Part shown: positions 42,882-51,648 of the stretch, piece after piece
Layout of the letters: every line of letters begins with the position of its first letter
How positions within the stretch are numbered: the first letter of the stretch is position 1
NCBI GenBank assembly: GCA_010091925.1
Contig: WVID01000006.1
Length of the DNA stretch: 64,000 nt
From: Nostoc sp. B(2019)
GTDB lineage: Bacteria; Cyanobacteriota; Cyanobacteriia; Cyanobacteriales; Nostocaceae
Direction: 5' to 3' (one strand)
Translations under genes and position numbers: made by a program
Notes under the pieces: model-generated
Databases searched by the model: none
Told to the model about the DNA's origin: nothing
What the model saw: only the letters and a program-made list of their open reading frames with translations

Positions 42882-44054
42882 ATGACAACAGATAAATCCC
42901 AACAACAAACAAAGGTGAATCAATCAGTTAATTCACCCACAAAATCTTTAGAAGTAGAAATCAAAGCTAAACCATCAGCAGAAGCGGAACCGTCTGTATT
43001 CGAGTCTTTTGTCAAAAATGTCGCCCAAGTTGTAAGTACAGCGATTGAAGTGGGACAAGCGGCGACGAAACAAACACACAACTTAATTGAGCAAACAACT
43101 CAAACCACCGGAAAGGTGGTGAATCGCCTTAGCGAAAATTGGCTGATTAGAAAACTATCTGGAGTATTAAATCTTAATTGGCTGATTGGTGCTACTGATG
43201 TTGTGGATTTGGAAAAAGCAGAAGTTGAGGTGAATAAGTTAAAGCAACAATATCCCAATGAATCACCCAGTCAGATTTCTCACCGAATTATGGTGGAAAA
43301 AGCAACTAAAGCAGGCGGAATTGGTCTAGCAACTAGTATTTTGCCAGGAGTTGCAGTAGCATTCCTAGCAATTGATTTAGCAGCAACAACAAAATTGCAG
43401 TCAGAAATGCTTTATCAGATTGCATCAGCTTATGGCTTAAATTTAAAAGATCCGGCTCGAAAAGGTGAAGTTTTAGCAATTTTTGGTCTGGCGTTGGGTG
43501 GTGGTCGTCTTTTGAAAGCTGCGGGTTTAGGTTTGCTGCGAAACGTGCCTTTTGCTGGTGCAGCGATCGCCGCTAGCTCGAATGCAACGATGATCTATTC
43601 ATTGGGATATGCGGCTTGTCGATTTTATGAAGCCAAGCTGGATGAATCAACTTCCCTCAACTCTCCACAGACATTGGCAAATTTAAAAGCTGAGAGTGAA
43701 AAGTATCTGGAAAAAGCGATCGCTCAAGAAGCAGTCATGGATCAAATCTTAGTTCACATGATCCTAGCGAGTCATCCAGAGAAAGCTTGGGAACAGATTT
43801 TACCAGAGTTGCAAGCTGTTAACCTCAGTTCTGCCTCGTTGGATGCGATAGCGCAAAACATCAAATCACCCCAGCCTTTAGATACTCTGCTCAACCAACT
43901 AAATCGTGATTTTGCCATACCTTTGTTAGCACAGTGCTACAAAATTGCCCACCTTGATAATCAGACTACACCAATTGAAGAACAGATAATTGCAGCGATC
44001 GCCAGCAAATTTGACATTGACTTGAACACAATTAAATCAACACTCAATAGTTAG
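42882..44054 (+). CDS. EcsC/DUF697-like domain protein
   Basis: 390 aa. The central region (GGIGLATSILPGVAVAFLAIDLAATTKLQSEMLYQIASAYGL) resembles the EcsC/YcjF-type membrane-associated domain. Confidence 0.4.
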   Translation: MTTDKSQQQTKVNQSVNSPTKSLEVEIKAKPSAEAEPSVFESFVKNVAQVVSTAIEVGQAATKQTHNLIEQTTQTTGKVVNRLSENWLIRKLSGVLNLNWLIGATDVVDLEKAEVEVNKLKQQYPNESPSQISHRIMVEKATKAGGIGLATSILPGVAVAFLAIDLAATTKLQSEMLYQIASAYGLNLKDPARKGEVLAIFGLALGGGRLLKAAGLGLLRNVPFAGAAIAASSNATMIYSLGYAACRFYEAKLDESTSLNSPQTLANLKAESEKYLEKAIAQEAVMDQILVHMILASHPEKAWEQILPELQAVNLSSASLDAIAQNIKSPQPLDTLLNQLNRDFAIPLLAQCYKIAHLDNQTTPIEEQIIAAIASKFDIDLNTIKSTLNS

Positions 44055-44078
44055 CAACGAAGAAGACCGATAACCTCT

Positions 44079-44107
44079 GTAGAGACGTTGCAATGCAAAG
44101 TCTCTAC
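44079..44107. repeat. palindrome GTAGAGAC-GTTGCAATGCAAA-GTCTCTAC
   Basis: Its termini match the 4273..4300 hairpin. It sits 25 nt after the stop of the preceding gene. Confidence 0.7.
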
Positions 44108-44203
44108 TCATACATCCCTGTGTTCTATCTCCTCAGAGCATGAAGAAAGAAAGAATTTTAAGCAATACTGGTACAAGAAGGAATACTTACACAAAATCTC
44201 AAA

Positions 44204-45685
44204 ATGGCAATTCAACCTAGTGATACGCCTTTGCTAGAGTGGGCAGGCGATAGTTTGGCAATTGGATTATTTGAAGATGCAGTAGAGTTAACTGGTGAAC
44301 TAGCAACTTTAAATGAAAAGCTTGGTGGAATCTTAAAAGAACTGATTGCTGAAGAGGAATTTACAGGGAAAGCTAACAGCACTATTTTTACCCGCGTAGG
44401 TGCTGGTAGCCCAGTTCGGAAAGCGATTCTAGTAGGTTTAGGAAAACCAGAAGCATTAAAATTAGACACACTGCGACGCGCTGCTGCGGCTGTAGCCAGG
44501 GTAGCAAAAAAGCAAAAAAGCAAAACTTTGGGGTTTAGTTTTCCATTATGGAATAACGATCCCGCGGCAACTGCTCAAGCGATCGCCGAAGGTACACAAC
44601 TGGCCCTTTACCAAGATATTCGCTTTAAGTCAGAGCCAGAAGATAAAGGGCCACAAGTCGAAACCGTAGATTTACTAGGATTCGGTGGACAAGAAGCAGC
44701 CATTAGCCGCGCCAATCAAATCGTATCAGGAGTAATCTTAGCGCGGCAATTGGTAGCAGCCCCAGCCAACGCAGTTACACCAATTACTTTGGCAGAAACG
44801 GCTCAAGCGATCGCCAAAGATCACGGTTTACAAGTAGAAATTCTGGAACGAGAAGACTGTGAAAAATTAGGTATGGGTGCTTTTTTAGGTGTCGCTCAAG
44901 CTTCTGATTTGCCACCTAAATTCATTCACCTAACTTACAAGCCAGAAGGTATACCCAAAAAGAAACTGGCAATTATCGGCAAAGGCTTAACCTTCGATTC
45001 CGGCGGACTCAATATTAAAGGTGCTGGTAGCGGCATCGAAACCATGAAAATTGATATGGGTGGAGCCGCTGCTACTTTCGGCGCAGCAAAAGCAATTGCT
45101 CAGATCAAGCCAGATGTTGAAGTCCACTTTATCTCAGCAGCGACCGAAAATATGATTAGCGGTCGTGCTATGCACCCTGGAGACGTTCTTAAAGCATCTA
45201 ATGGCAAAACAATTGAAGTAAACAACACCGACGCTGAAGGACGTTTAACCTTAGCAGATGCCTTGGTATATACAGACAAACTAGGATTAGATGCGATCGT
45301 TGATTTAGCCACCTTGACTGGTGCTAACGTCATAGCTTTGGGTGATGATATTGCTGGTTTATTTACTCCCAATGATGCTATAGCTGCTGAACTAGAGAAA
45401 GCTGCGGAAACATCAGGAGAAAAGATTTGGCGGATGCCAATGGAAGAAAAATATTTTGAAGGGCTAAAATCTGGCATTGCGGACATGAAAAACACTGGGC
45501 CGCGTCCAGGCGGTGCTATTACCGCAGCCCTTTTCCTTAAGCAGTTTGTCAAAGAAACCCCTTGGGCACACTTAGACATTGCTGGCCCAGTGTGGACAGA
45601 TAAAGAAAATGGCTACAACGGTTCGGGTGCAACTGGTTATGGCGTTCGTACTTTAGTTAACTGGGTACTGGGGGCTGGGGAGTAG
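44204..45685 (+). CDS. pepA: leucyl aminopeptidase (M17)
   Basis: NTDAEGRL and the M17 metal-binding motifs are present. Confidence 0.9.
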   Translation: MAIQPSDTPLLEWAGDSLAIGLFEDAVELTGELATLNEKLGGILKELIAEEEFTGKANSTIFTRVGAGSPVRKAILVGLGKPEALKLDTLRRAAAAVARVAKKQKSKTLGFSFPLWNNDPAATAQAIAEGTQLALYQDIRFKSEPEDKGPQVETVDLLGFGGQEAAISRANQIVSGVILARQLVAAPANAVTPITLAETAQAIAKDHGLQVEILEREDCEKLGMGAFLGVAQASDLPPKFIHLTYKPEGIPKKKLAIIGKGLTFDSGGLNIKGAGSGIETMKIDMGGAAATFGAAKAIAQIKPDVEVHFISAATENMISGRAMHPGDVLKASNGKTIEVNNTDAEGRLTLADALVYTDKLGLDAIVDLATLTGANVIALGDDIAGLFTPNDAIAAELEKAAETSGEKIWRMPMEEKYFEGLKSGIADMKNTGPRPGGAITAALFLKQFVKETPWAHLDIAGPVWTDKENGYNGSGATGYGVRTLVNWVLGAGE

Positions 45686-45907
45686 GGACTAGGGAGACAA
45701 GGGGGACAAGGAAGAATTGTTGAACAAGTCTCTCCCTGATCTACCTTGTCTTTTCTCAATACCTAGTCCCTTACAACTCGTATTATTCTTTGGCTGTCCG
45801 CCAAAATTTGTTGTATTAGTAACAGACATCAATTGGCAGTTATAAATTTACGCTTTTTCAGCAAAGCCATCTGGTAAAATTTGTAAGGTTTCTAATAGCT
45901 CTGAGCA

Positions 45908-46930
45908 ATGGGATCGACTCGCGTACGGATCGCAATTGATGCAATGGGAGGGGATCACGCACCCGGTGAAATCGTTGCTGGCGCACTGCGGGCACGAGAA
46001 GAATTGGGCGTGGAAGTATTGTTGGTAGGTGATCCCCAACAAATTAAAGCTGCTTTGCCGCCAAAAACAAATTTCGGGCAGGTAGAGATCGTTCCTGCAC
46101 AGGAGGCGATCGCGATGGACGAGGAGCCTTTAAGCGCAGTTAGACGCAAACCCCAAGCCTCCATCAACGTGGCTATGGATTTAGTCAAGCAACAACAGGC
46201 AGATGCCGTTTTTTCTGCCGGACACTCTGGAGCTGCAATGGCAGCAGCTTTGCTGCGCTTAGGACGATTACCGGGAATTGATCGCCCAGCAATAGGGACT
46301 GTTTTTCCCACGATTGTCGCTGGCAAACCAGTACTCATACTTGATGTCGGCGCAAATGTAGACTGTCGTCCTAAGTTTTTAGAGCAGTTTGCCGTAATGG
46401 GATCAGCTTACAGTCAGTATGTCTTAGGTACTACCGAACCCAAGGTAGGTTTGTTAAATATTGGAGAAGAAGATTCTAAGGGCAATGACGCAGCCGTCCG
46501 CGCCCACCAAATGTTACGCGAAAATTCCCAAATTACTTTTATTGGTAATGCTGAAGGGCGTGATGTGCTTTCTGGCCGCTTTGATGTAATTGTCTGTGAT
46601 GGCTTTGTCGGCAATGTATTATTAAAATTCGCCGAAGCGGTCGGAGAAGTAATTTTGCAAATATTGCGGGAAGAATTACCCCAAGGATTGCATGGTCAAA
46701 TAGGCTCAGCACTTTTAAAACCAAACCTGAAGCGGATTAAGCAGCGGATGGATCATGCAGAACATGGAGGTGCTCTGTTGTTAGGTGTCGCCGGAGTCTG
46801 TTTTATTGGTCACGGTAGCTCCCAAGCACCTTCAATTTTTAACGCAATTCGGATGGCAAAAGAAGCTGTTGACAACGAGGTGCTGCAACGAATTCAGTCA
46901 CAATACATCCTAGAGCGCGAAAGCGGTTAG
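45908..46930 (+). CDS. plsX: phosphate acyltransferase
   Basis: RIAIDAMGGDHAP is present. Confidence 0.9.
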   Translation: MGSTRVRIAIDAMGGDHAPGEIVAGALRAREELGVEVLLVGDPQQIKAALPPKTNFGQVEIVPAQEAIAMDEEPLSAVRRKPQASINVAMDLVKQQQADAVFSAGHSGAAMAAALLRLGRLPGIDRPAIGTVFPTIVAGKPVLILDVGANVDCRPKFLEQFAVMGSAYSQYVLGTTEPKVGLLNIGEEDSKGNDAAVRAHQMLRENSQITFIGNAEGRDVLSGRFDVIVCDGFVGNVLLKFAEAVGEVILQILREELPQGLHGQIGSALLKPNLKRIKQRMDHAEHGGALLLGVAGVCFIGHGSSQAPSIFNAIRMAKEAVDNEVLQRIQSQYILERESG

Positions 46931-47105
46931 CGATTAGTCATTAGTCATTGAGTAACTTGTCATTTGTAAAAACGAAGGACGAAGGACAAATGACAAAGCG
47001 CAAAGTCTGAGCGGAGGTTTCCTCCGTTGGCGCAGCCCGCCGAAGGCATCAGAACTTTGTAAGAGAGGACAAAGGGCAAAAAGCTGATAGCTTGGGAGAT
47101 TAAGA

Positions 47106-48098
47106 GTGCAAAACTTAGGGATAGCAATTACCGGAAGTGGCTCAGCAGTACCAGCAACTTCCTTAGACAATCAAAGCTTGTCTAAATTAGTTGAGACATC
47201 AGACGAGTGGGTAACAACAAGAACGGGAATTCGTCAACGGCGATTAGCGCAGCCATCTGAGTCATTAAGTGTACTCGCCACTGCGGCTAGTCGCCAGGCG
47301 ATCGCATCTGCTGGAATCGCTGCATCTGACTTAGATTTAATTTTGCTGGCGACATCCACTTCTGACGACTTGTTTGGTACTGCTTGTCAAGTACAAGCTG
47401 AATTGGGAGCCACCAAAGCAGTAGCCTTTGACTTGACGGCAGCCTGCTCCGGCTTTGTTTTTGGGCTAGTAACAGCCGCCCAATATATCAAAACAGGCGT
47501 TTTTCAAAATGTACTATTGATAGGGGCGGATATCCTCTCTCGCTGGGTAGATTGGCAAGATAGGGGTACCTGTGTATTGTTTGGTGATGGTGCAGGAGCA
47601 GTAGTATTGCAAGCATCCAAAAGCGATCGCCTATTAGGATTTGCACTCAAAAGCGATGGTACTCAAAATCATCACCTTAATCTTTCATATACAGCCTCTT
47701 CTCAAGAACTGCTCCCAGGCATAAATGTCACTAAAGGCACTTACCAACCCATAACCATGAACGGCAAAGAAGTCTACCGCTTCGCCGTCCAAAAAGTGCC
47801 AGAAATCATCGACAAAGCCTTGTTTCAAGCTAACCTGAATGTTGACCAAATAGATTGGTTAGTATTGCATCAAGCCAATCAGCGGATTCTCGATGCTGTT
47901 GCCCAACGCTTAAATATTCCACAACATAAAGTTATTAGTAATCTTGCTCAGTACGGCAATACCTCCGCCGCTTCCATCCCCCTAGCCCTAGATGAAGCAG
48001 TACGGCAAGACAAAATAAAACCCAATGACATCATTGCTACATCCGGCTTTGGTGCCGGTCTTACTTGGGGCGCGGCAATTTTTCAATGGGGAAGATAA
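47106..48098 (+). CDS. fabH: 3-oxoacyl-ACP synthase III
   Basis: The active-site region AACSGF, and the downstream His and Asn motifs, are present. Confidence 0.9.
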   Translation: MQNLGIAITGSGSAVPATSLDNQSLSKLVETSDEWVTTRTGIRQRRLAQPSESLSVLATAASRQAIASAGIAASDLDLILLATSTSDDLFGTACQVQAELGATKAVAFDLTAACSGFVFGLVTAAQYIKTGVFQNVLLIGADILSRWVDWQDRGTCVLFGDGAGAVVLQASKSDRLLGFALKSDGTQNHHLNLSYTASSQELLPGINVTKGTYQPITMNGKEVYRFAVQKVPEIIDKALFQANLNVDQIDWLVLHQANQRILDAVAQRLNIPQHKVISNLAQYGNTSAASIPLALDEAVRQDKIKPNDIIATSGFGAGLTWGAAIFQWGR

Positions 48099-48165
48099 AT
48101 ATTCAGTCAAGAGTCAAAAGTCAAAAGTAATAAATAACCCTTGACCCTTGACCCTTGACTCTTTA

Positions 48166-48265
48166 ACGCCACTTGCTTTAAGCCCTTCGGGTTCGCAGTC
48201 CCCTACGGAGGGAAACCCTCCTTCAGGGCTGTCTCACCGGGAAACCCTAGTAGAGCAGTGGCTCC
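48166..48265. repeat. approximately 100-nt GC-rich structured dispersed repeat (copy 1), flanked by inverted heptamer arrays
   Basis: A 79-nt stretch is identical to 52959..53037. It includes the internal hairpins GGAGGG-AAA-CCCTCC and CGGG-AAA-CCCG. Confidence 0.85.
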
Positions 48266-48295
48266 TCTTGATCCTTGACTCTTGACTCTTGACTA

Positions 48296-49177
48296 ATGAC
48301 TAAAACTGCATGGGTATTTCCCGGACAAGGTTCTCAAGTACTGGGAATGGGAATGGACTTATTAGATATACCCTCCGCCAAAGACAAATTTGTCCAAGCT
48401 GAGGCTATTCTGGGCTGGTCTGTAACAGAAATCTGTCAAAAAGACGAAGAAAAATTATCACAGACGTTATATACACAGCCAATTCTTTATGTAGTAGAAA
48501 GCATTCTCGCTGATCTTATCCGGGAACGGGGACATCAGCCAGATTTAGTTGCTGGTCACAGTTTGGGCGAATACGTTGCCCTTTACGTTGCTGGTGTCTT
48601 TGAATGGTCGGCGGGGTTACATTTAGTCAAACGTCGTGCGGAACTTATGGATAGTGCCGCAGGTGGAATGATGGCGGCTCTATTAAACTTTGACCGCGAA
48701 CAGTTGGAAAAAGTCATTGCCGAAACGCCCGATGTAGTGCTAGCTAATGACAACAGTCCGGCTCAAGTTGTAATCTCTGGAACTCCAGACGCCGTACAAG
48801 CAGTGATTTCTCAAGTTAAAGCCAAGCGTGCTATTCCTCTAAAAGTTTCTGGAGCATTTCATTCACACTTAATAGCACCAGCGGCAGCGGAGTTCCAAGA
48901 CATTCTAGAATCTGTGGAATTTCAACCAGCGGTTGTGCCAGTGTTATCTAATGTAGAACCAGTTCCATCTATTGATGCCGAAATTTTAAAGCAGCGCTTA
49001 AACAAACAAATGACTGGTTCGGTACGGTGGCGAGAAATTTCTCTACAATTACCAGCAAAAGGCATCCAGCAAGTAATAGAAATTGGCCCCGGTAACGTAC
49101 TAACTGGTTTAATTAAACGTATTAGCCCTGATTTAATCTTAAAGAACGTCCGTAATGCCACTGAATTACCGAACTAG
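48296..49177 (+). CDS. fabD: malonyl-CoA:ACP transacylase
   Basis: GHSLGEY is present. Confidence 0.9.
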   Translation: MTKTAWVFPGQGSQVLGMGMDLLDIPSAKDKFVQAEAILGWSVTEICQKDEEKLSQTLYTQPILYVVESILADLIRERGHQPDLVAGHSLGEYVALYVAGVFEWSAGLHLVKRRAELMDSAAGGMMAALLNFDREQLEKVIAETPDVVLANDNSPAQVVISGTPDAVQAVISQVKAKRAIPLKVSGAFHSHLIAPAAAEFQDILESVEFQPAVVPVLSNVEPVPSIDAEILKQRLNKQMTGSVRWREISLQLPAKGIQQVIEIGPGNVLTGLIKRISPDLILKNVRNATELPN

Positions 49178-49189
49178 GGATTGGAGACT

Positions 49190-49325
49190 GGGGACTCTTA
49201 ACAGGGGTAAAAGGTTAAAGGTTAAAGGTTAGAGGGATGATTTTTCCTTTTCCCCTTACCCCTTTCCCTTTCCCCAATGCCCAATGCCCAATGCCCAATC
49301 CCCGATACCCAGTCCCCAATTTCCT
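49190..49325. repeat. STRR arrays: AAAGGTT x3, the complementary CCTTTCC set, then CCCAATG/CCCCAAT x6
   Basis: The arrays were read directly. The ORF track's upstream start at 49284 would translate these repeats. Confidence 0.8.
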
Positions 49326-49964
49326 ATGTCTCAAAGCCGCGAACCGTTTATTAGTCTGGCACTTTACCACGCCTTTAAATGGTCGGTCGTCAGCCCCATG
49401 CTTCATGCTTACTTTCGGGGCCAGATTTATGGTGTGGAAAATGTCCCTAAATCAGGGCCACTGGTGGTAGTGAGTAATCATGCTAGTTACTTTGATCCAC
49501 CTATTGTCTCTAATTGTGTATGTCGTCCAGTGGCGTATATGGCTAAGGAAGAGTTATTCGATATCCCAATTTTGGCAAAAATGATTAAATTATACGGTGC
49601 TTACCCGGTGAGTAGGGGAAGTGCCGATCGCACTGCTATCCGTTCTGCCCTAGAATATCTCAACAAAGGTTGGGCTGTCGGGGTTTTTTTGCAAGGCACT
49701 CGTACTCCAGATGGTCGAATTACAGATCCCAAGAGAGGTGCAGCACTGCTGGCGGCCAAGGCAAAAGCACCGATATTACCAGTAAGTTTGTGGGGTACTG
49801 AGGGGATTTTAGAAAAAGGCTCAAAGCTACCTCGTGCAGTTCCCATCACTGTAAGGATTGGCAAATTAATTGATACTCCTAGTTCTACTAATAAAGAAGA
49901 ATTAGAAGCCATAACACAAAAATGTACCACAGTGATCAATGAGATGCATGATTTAGGCCGATGA
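49326..49964 (+). CDS. plsC: 1-acyl-sn-glycerol-3-phosphate acyltransferase
   Basis: The NHxxxxD motif (VVSNHASYFDPPI) is present. The start is taken at MSQSREPF so that the STRR repeats are not translated. Confidence 0.8.
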   Translation: MSQSREPFISLALYHAFKWSVVSPMLHAYFRGQIYGVENVPKSGPLVVVSNHASYFDPPIVSNCVCRPVAYMAKEELFDIPILAKMIKLYGAYPVSRGSADRTAIRSALEYLNKGWAVGVFLQGTRTPDGRITDPKRGAALLAAKAKAPILPVSLWGTEGILEKGSKLPRAVPITVRIGKLIDTPSSTNKEELEAITQKCTTVINEMHDLGR

Positions 49965-50119
49965 GTTAAATCATACTGGGGAATATGCTTTAGGGAAGTG
50001 GCGATCGCCACTCAGTTTCTATATGTTTAAAGTTAATGCGCCATAGCAAATCAAGTAAGACTTTGTGCTTAAATGCAACAGCTAGGCTAAATCACCAATA
50101 CCTTTTCTCTAGATAGTAT

Positions 50120-51157
50120 ATGAGCGGCTTTGAAGCCAAAAACTTTTGGGATCGATTGAATAATCTGGCGTTAGTCCGCTTTTTACTTTTAGTGGCTTCT
50201 GGCTGGGCAATTGTGCAGCTTTTAGCTTACTTTGAGATAGTCATAGTTATTTTTACATTCGCTGCAATTTTGGCTTTTTTGCTCAGCTATCCTGTACAAT
50301 GGCTGCGGCGTTTTTTGCCCCACGGCATAGCAGTTGTTGTAGTTTTCTTGCTTAGTGTTGTGATTCTTGGCGGTATAGCTGTTACCGTTGGATTAACGAT
50401 ATTATCTCAAGGACAACAATTAATTGACAGCATAACTGGGTTTTTGAATTCTTTAGTACCTCTATTAGAGCGATTAGAAGTATTTCTACGAAGCCGTAAT
50501 CTTCAAATAGATTTGAGTGTAATTGAAGGACAATTACGGGATCAAGCTGTAACAACTCTTGTAACTAGCTTGGCAATTTTACAAAGTTTTATGACTAACT
50601 TTGTAACTTTTATATTGGTTGCAGTTGTAGCTTTTTTCATGCTCCTAGATGGAGACAAGCTCTGGAGCTTTATCTTAAAAGTAGTACCAAAGCAGCGCCG
50701 TAATCGATTTACAAATATAATCAGACGCTCATTTCTAGGATTTTTTAGAGGTCAGTTGTTATTAAGCCTATTTCTCGCAACTTCGACTTTTCTAGTGTTC
50801 GTATTATTAAAAGTACCTTTTGCCTTGATATTGTCAGTGATAGTTGGAATCGTTGATATCATTCCTGGCATAGGAGCAACATTAGGAATTGGTACAATTA
50901 CTCTAGTTGTGTTGTCTCAAGGTGTTTGGTTAGCATTGAAAGTATTGGCAGCTTGTATTGTTCTTCAGCAGATACAAGATAACTTAATTGCGCCCCGCAT
51001 TATGCAAGGTGCGCTCAATCTTAATCCTGTAGTCGTGTTCTTCGCTTTACTTGTAGGTGCTAAAGTAGCAGGTCTATTAGGTGTTTTTATATCTATTCCG
51101 ATCGCTGGAGTAATTGTGTCTTTGTTTGAAATTGATGAGATGAAAGCAGAAGTGTAG
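50120..51157 (+). CDS. AI-2E family (PerM/YhhT-like) transporter
   Basis: 345 aa with about 8 TM segments and an AI-2E-like topology. Confidence 0.75.
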   Translation: MSGFEAKNFWDRLNNLALVRFLLLVASGWAIVQLLAYFEIVIVIFTFAAILAFLLSYPVQWLRRFLPHGIAVVVVFLLSVVILGGIAVTVGLTILSQGQQLIDSITGFLNSLVPLLERLEVFLRSRNLQIDLSVIEGQLRDQAVTTLVTSLAILQSFMTNFVTFILVAVVAFFMLLDGDKLWSFILKVVPKQRRNRFTNIIRRSFLGFFRGQLLLSLFLATSTFLVFVLLKVPFALILSVIVGIVDIIPGIGATLGIGTITLVVLSQGVWLALKVLAACIVLQQIQDNLIAPRIMQGALNLNPVVVFFALLVGAKVAGLLGVFISIPIAGVIVSLFEIDEMKAEV

Positions 51158-51286
51158 TCAATATAATTCATAATTCATAATTGATAATTCATAATTAAAA
51201 TCAGTGTGAGCTTCTGTACAGTGTCTTTAATTAGGAATTAGTTAAATAAACTACTGAGTAGTGAATAATATAAACGTTTGGGAGTT

Positions 51287-51583
51287 ATGTCGGATTTAAG
51301 AGCGGAATTAACAGAAATACTAGATGAGGCAGAATGGGAGTGGCTGATTCCTCATGTGCAGCGAGATGCAGTAATTTTAGTGGCACTTAAGCTAAATTTG
51401 GTGGATGTTGGGGAAGCGATCGCCAGCGATAACATTCCCTCAGTACAGCAGTGGATTGATGAGCAATTGATTACTAAACCATCACCAGTACAAGTAGGAG
51501 AATGGAATAGCGATCGCACCAAGCGATTTCATACCCTCATCGTCCAGCCCTACGTTCTGGTGCAAGAAATAGCTGCTGCGTAA
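51287..51583 (+). CDS. DUF2288-like small protein
   Basis: About 100 aa. It is a conserved small acidic cyanobacterial protein. The alternative start is 51278. Confidence 0.45.
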   Translation: MSDLRAELTEILDEAEWEWLIPHVQRDAVILVALKLNLVDVGEAIASDNIPSVQQWIDEQLITKPSPVQVGEWNSDRTKRFHTLIVQPYVLVQEIAAA

Positions 51584-51648
51584 GCTAAATTTAAGTGTCA
51601 CAGAACGGCTAGAATTGTTACCATAATTTCAGATTAGATGTTGAAACC

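Noticed and set aside
44212-46338. Minus-strand ORFs overlapping pepA and plsX (44212..44523, 45100..45579, 45955..46338)
   Set aside because: These are antisense to high-confidence housekeeping genes.
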